Of a stretch of DNA of 64,000 bases, positions 62,599-64,000 are shown one piece after another. The first letter of the stretch is position 1, and each line of letters starts with the position of its first letter. The DNA is from Camelus ferus (lineage: Eukaryota): positions 105,650,001 through 105,714,000 of the forward strand of contig NC_045697.1 in assembly GCF_009834535.1 (NCBI RefSeq), given 5' to 3'. Under the pieces are notes generated by a model, which saw only the letters and a list, made by a program, of their open reading frames with translations, was not told the DNA's origin and did not search any database. Made by a program: the position numbers and the translations under genes.

Positions 62599-62774
62599 AC
62601 ACGCATCTCCCTGTCGAATTATGGAGATTGCTGCAGAGTGACTTACAGGGAAGGTAGCTGTGGCAAGGCTGCTGGGAGAGCCTTAAAATTTTTCAGAAGG
62701 AAACATGATGAATGAATGAAGAATGGATGCACGAGAAATGAGGCTGACTCAGAAGGCATAGGTCTTCCTCAGAG

Positions 62775-62860
62775 ACGCTTGGACTTCACACCTAACTTCA
62801 GTTTCCTTATCTGTAAAAGGAGGAGGATAGGCTAGGGCAGTTCCTTCCTGTTTTAAAGTC
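62775..62860 (+). mobile_element. MIR core fragment
   Basis: CTTCAGTTTCCTTATCTGTAAAAGGAGG. Confidence 0.6.
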
Positions 62861-63049
62861 CCAAGGTTTCAAGCTAATGTCATTTCAGAATTTGCACAGA
62901 ATTGACACATATCTTTGATTACCAGGGAAATGCTAGATTGCTTGCCTGACCATGGCATCTCGCTGCCTGCTCTAGAAACCACTTCTCAAGCAGTATAGTA
63001 TTCTCTGGCACTATCTTTTTTTTTTTATTTTTCAAGGGTACTCTTTGGG

Positions 63050-64000
63050 GATAATTTTGTATTTTGATATAATTTCAGACTTATGAAAAAGTTGCAAGAA
63101 TCGCATAAGAAATCCCAATAATACTTTTTCCAGATTCATCAATTATTTACATTTTGTTCATTTGCTTATTCTCTCTGTGTGTGTATGTATGTGTATTATA
63201 CATATTGTATGTAATCATAGATAGACTACCACTTGAGAGTTTGAAAGTTTGAAACATTGTGACCCTTTATCCTTAAATAGTTTACTGCATAATTCCTAAG
63301 AACACAAGGCATTCTCCTACTGTAATCCAATTATCAGTAGCAAAAAATTTGGCACTGATATATATGATAATCTAATATGCAGTCCATATTGAATTTTAAT
63401 TAATTATGCTAATAATGTCCTTTATAGATATTTTCCCTTGTCCAGGATCCAATCCAGAATCACTAATTGCCGTTAACTGTAATGTCTCTTTAAATATGAA
63501 ATGGCTCCTAGCCCTTTGCAGTTCTTGATCTTAACATTTTTGAAGAGTACAGGTCAATTAAGTTGTAGAATGTCCTTCAAATTCAGCGTGTCTGATGTTT
63601 CCTTGTAATGGGATTCATATTAAGCACTTTCTGGGCAGTTATACCATTGAAGTTGTATGGTGTCCTTCTCAGTGTCTCGTTGGTGGCACGTAATATTGCT
63701 TTGTCCCAATATTGGTGATGCTAACACTGGTCACTTGGTTAAGGTGGTGTCTGCTAAGTTTCTTTACTGTAACTTATTATTTTCCCCTTTATAATTAATA
63801 AAATTTTTATTCACGTCATGATATTCTAATAACATATGCTTTAGACTATTGGATAATCCTACTCCATTTTTTCACATTTTTGCACTAAAATTTAGATGAT
63901 TTCTATTGACCCGCTGTCAATATTAATCTGTTATACTTACTGTTTTCACTGTTTCCTGCTTGCTGATAAGCTGATTATGTAATTTTTTATCTCAGATACC
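63050..64000 (-). mobile_element. Old L1MC4/5-like 3' end
   Basis: TTTTGATATAATTTCAGACTTATGAAAAAGTTGCAAGAAT...TCCAGGATCCAATCCAGAATCAC...TCACTTGGTTAAGGTGGTGTCTGC. Confidence 0.85.

Overview
Eutherian mammal genomic DNA: AT-rich, CpG-depleted, and intronic or intergenic. I recognise no protein-coding exon, tRNA, rRNA, snRNA or CRISPR array. Much of the window is transposon-derived: a near full-length decayed L1MC1-type LINE-1 (about 27.5-34.3 kb) with nested MER2-type and young L1 insertions, several young lineage-specific L1 3' ends (one a twin-primed 5'-inverted copy with a 17-bp TSD), older L1MA/MB/MC/ME pieces, many MIR and L2 relics, ERVL/MaLR solo LTRs, hAT/Tigger MITEs and microsatellites. 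I saw no young SINEs, and the young L1 3' UTRs resemble what I recall of cetartiodactyl/camelid L1; the species is inferred, not proven. The best non-obvious signals are a very degraded intronless hnRNP A/B (A2B1-like) retrocopy at about 49.3-49.96 kb that the ORF track misses, and an ETS/PU.1-IRF/AP-1 motif cluster with retained CpGs and a splice donor at about 43.9-44.9 kb. I found no convincing evidence of a novel biological system. Repeat subfamily names come from recalled consensus sequences and boundaries of old repeats are approximate; both need RepeatMasker/Dfam confirmation.
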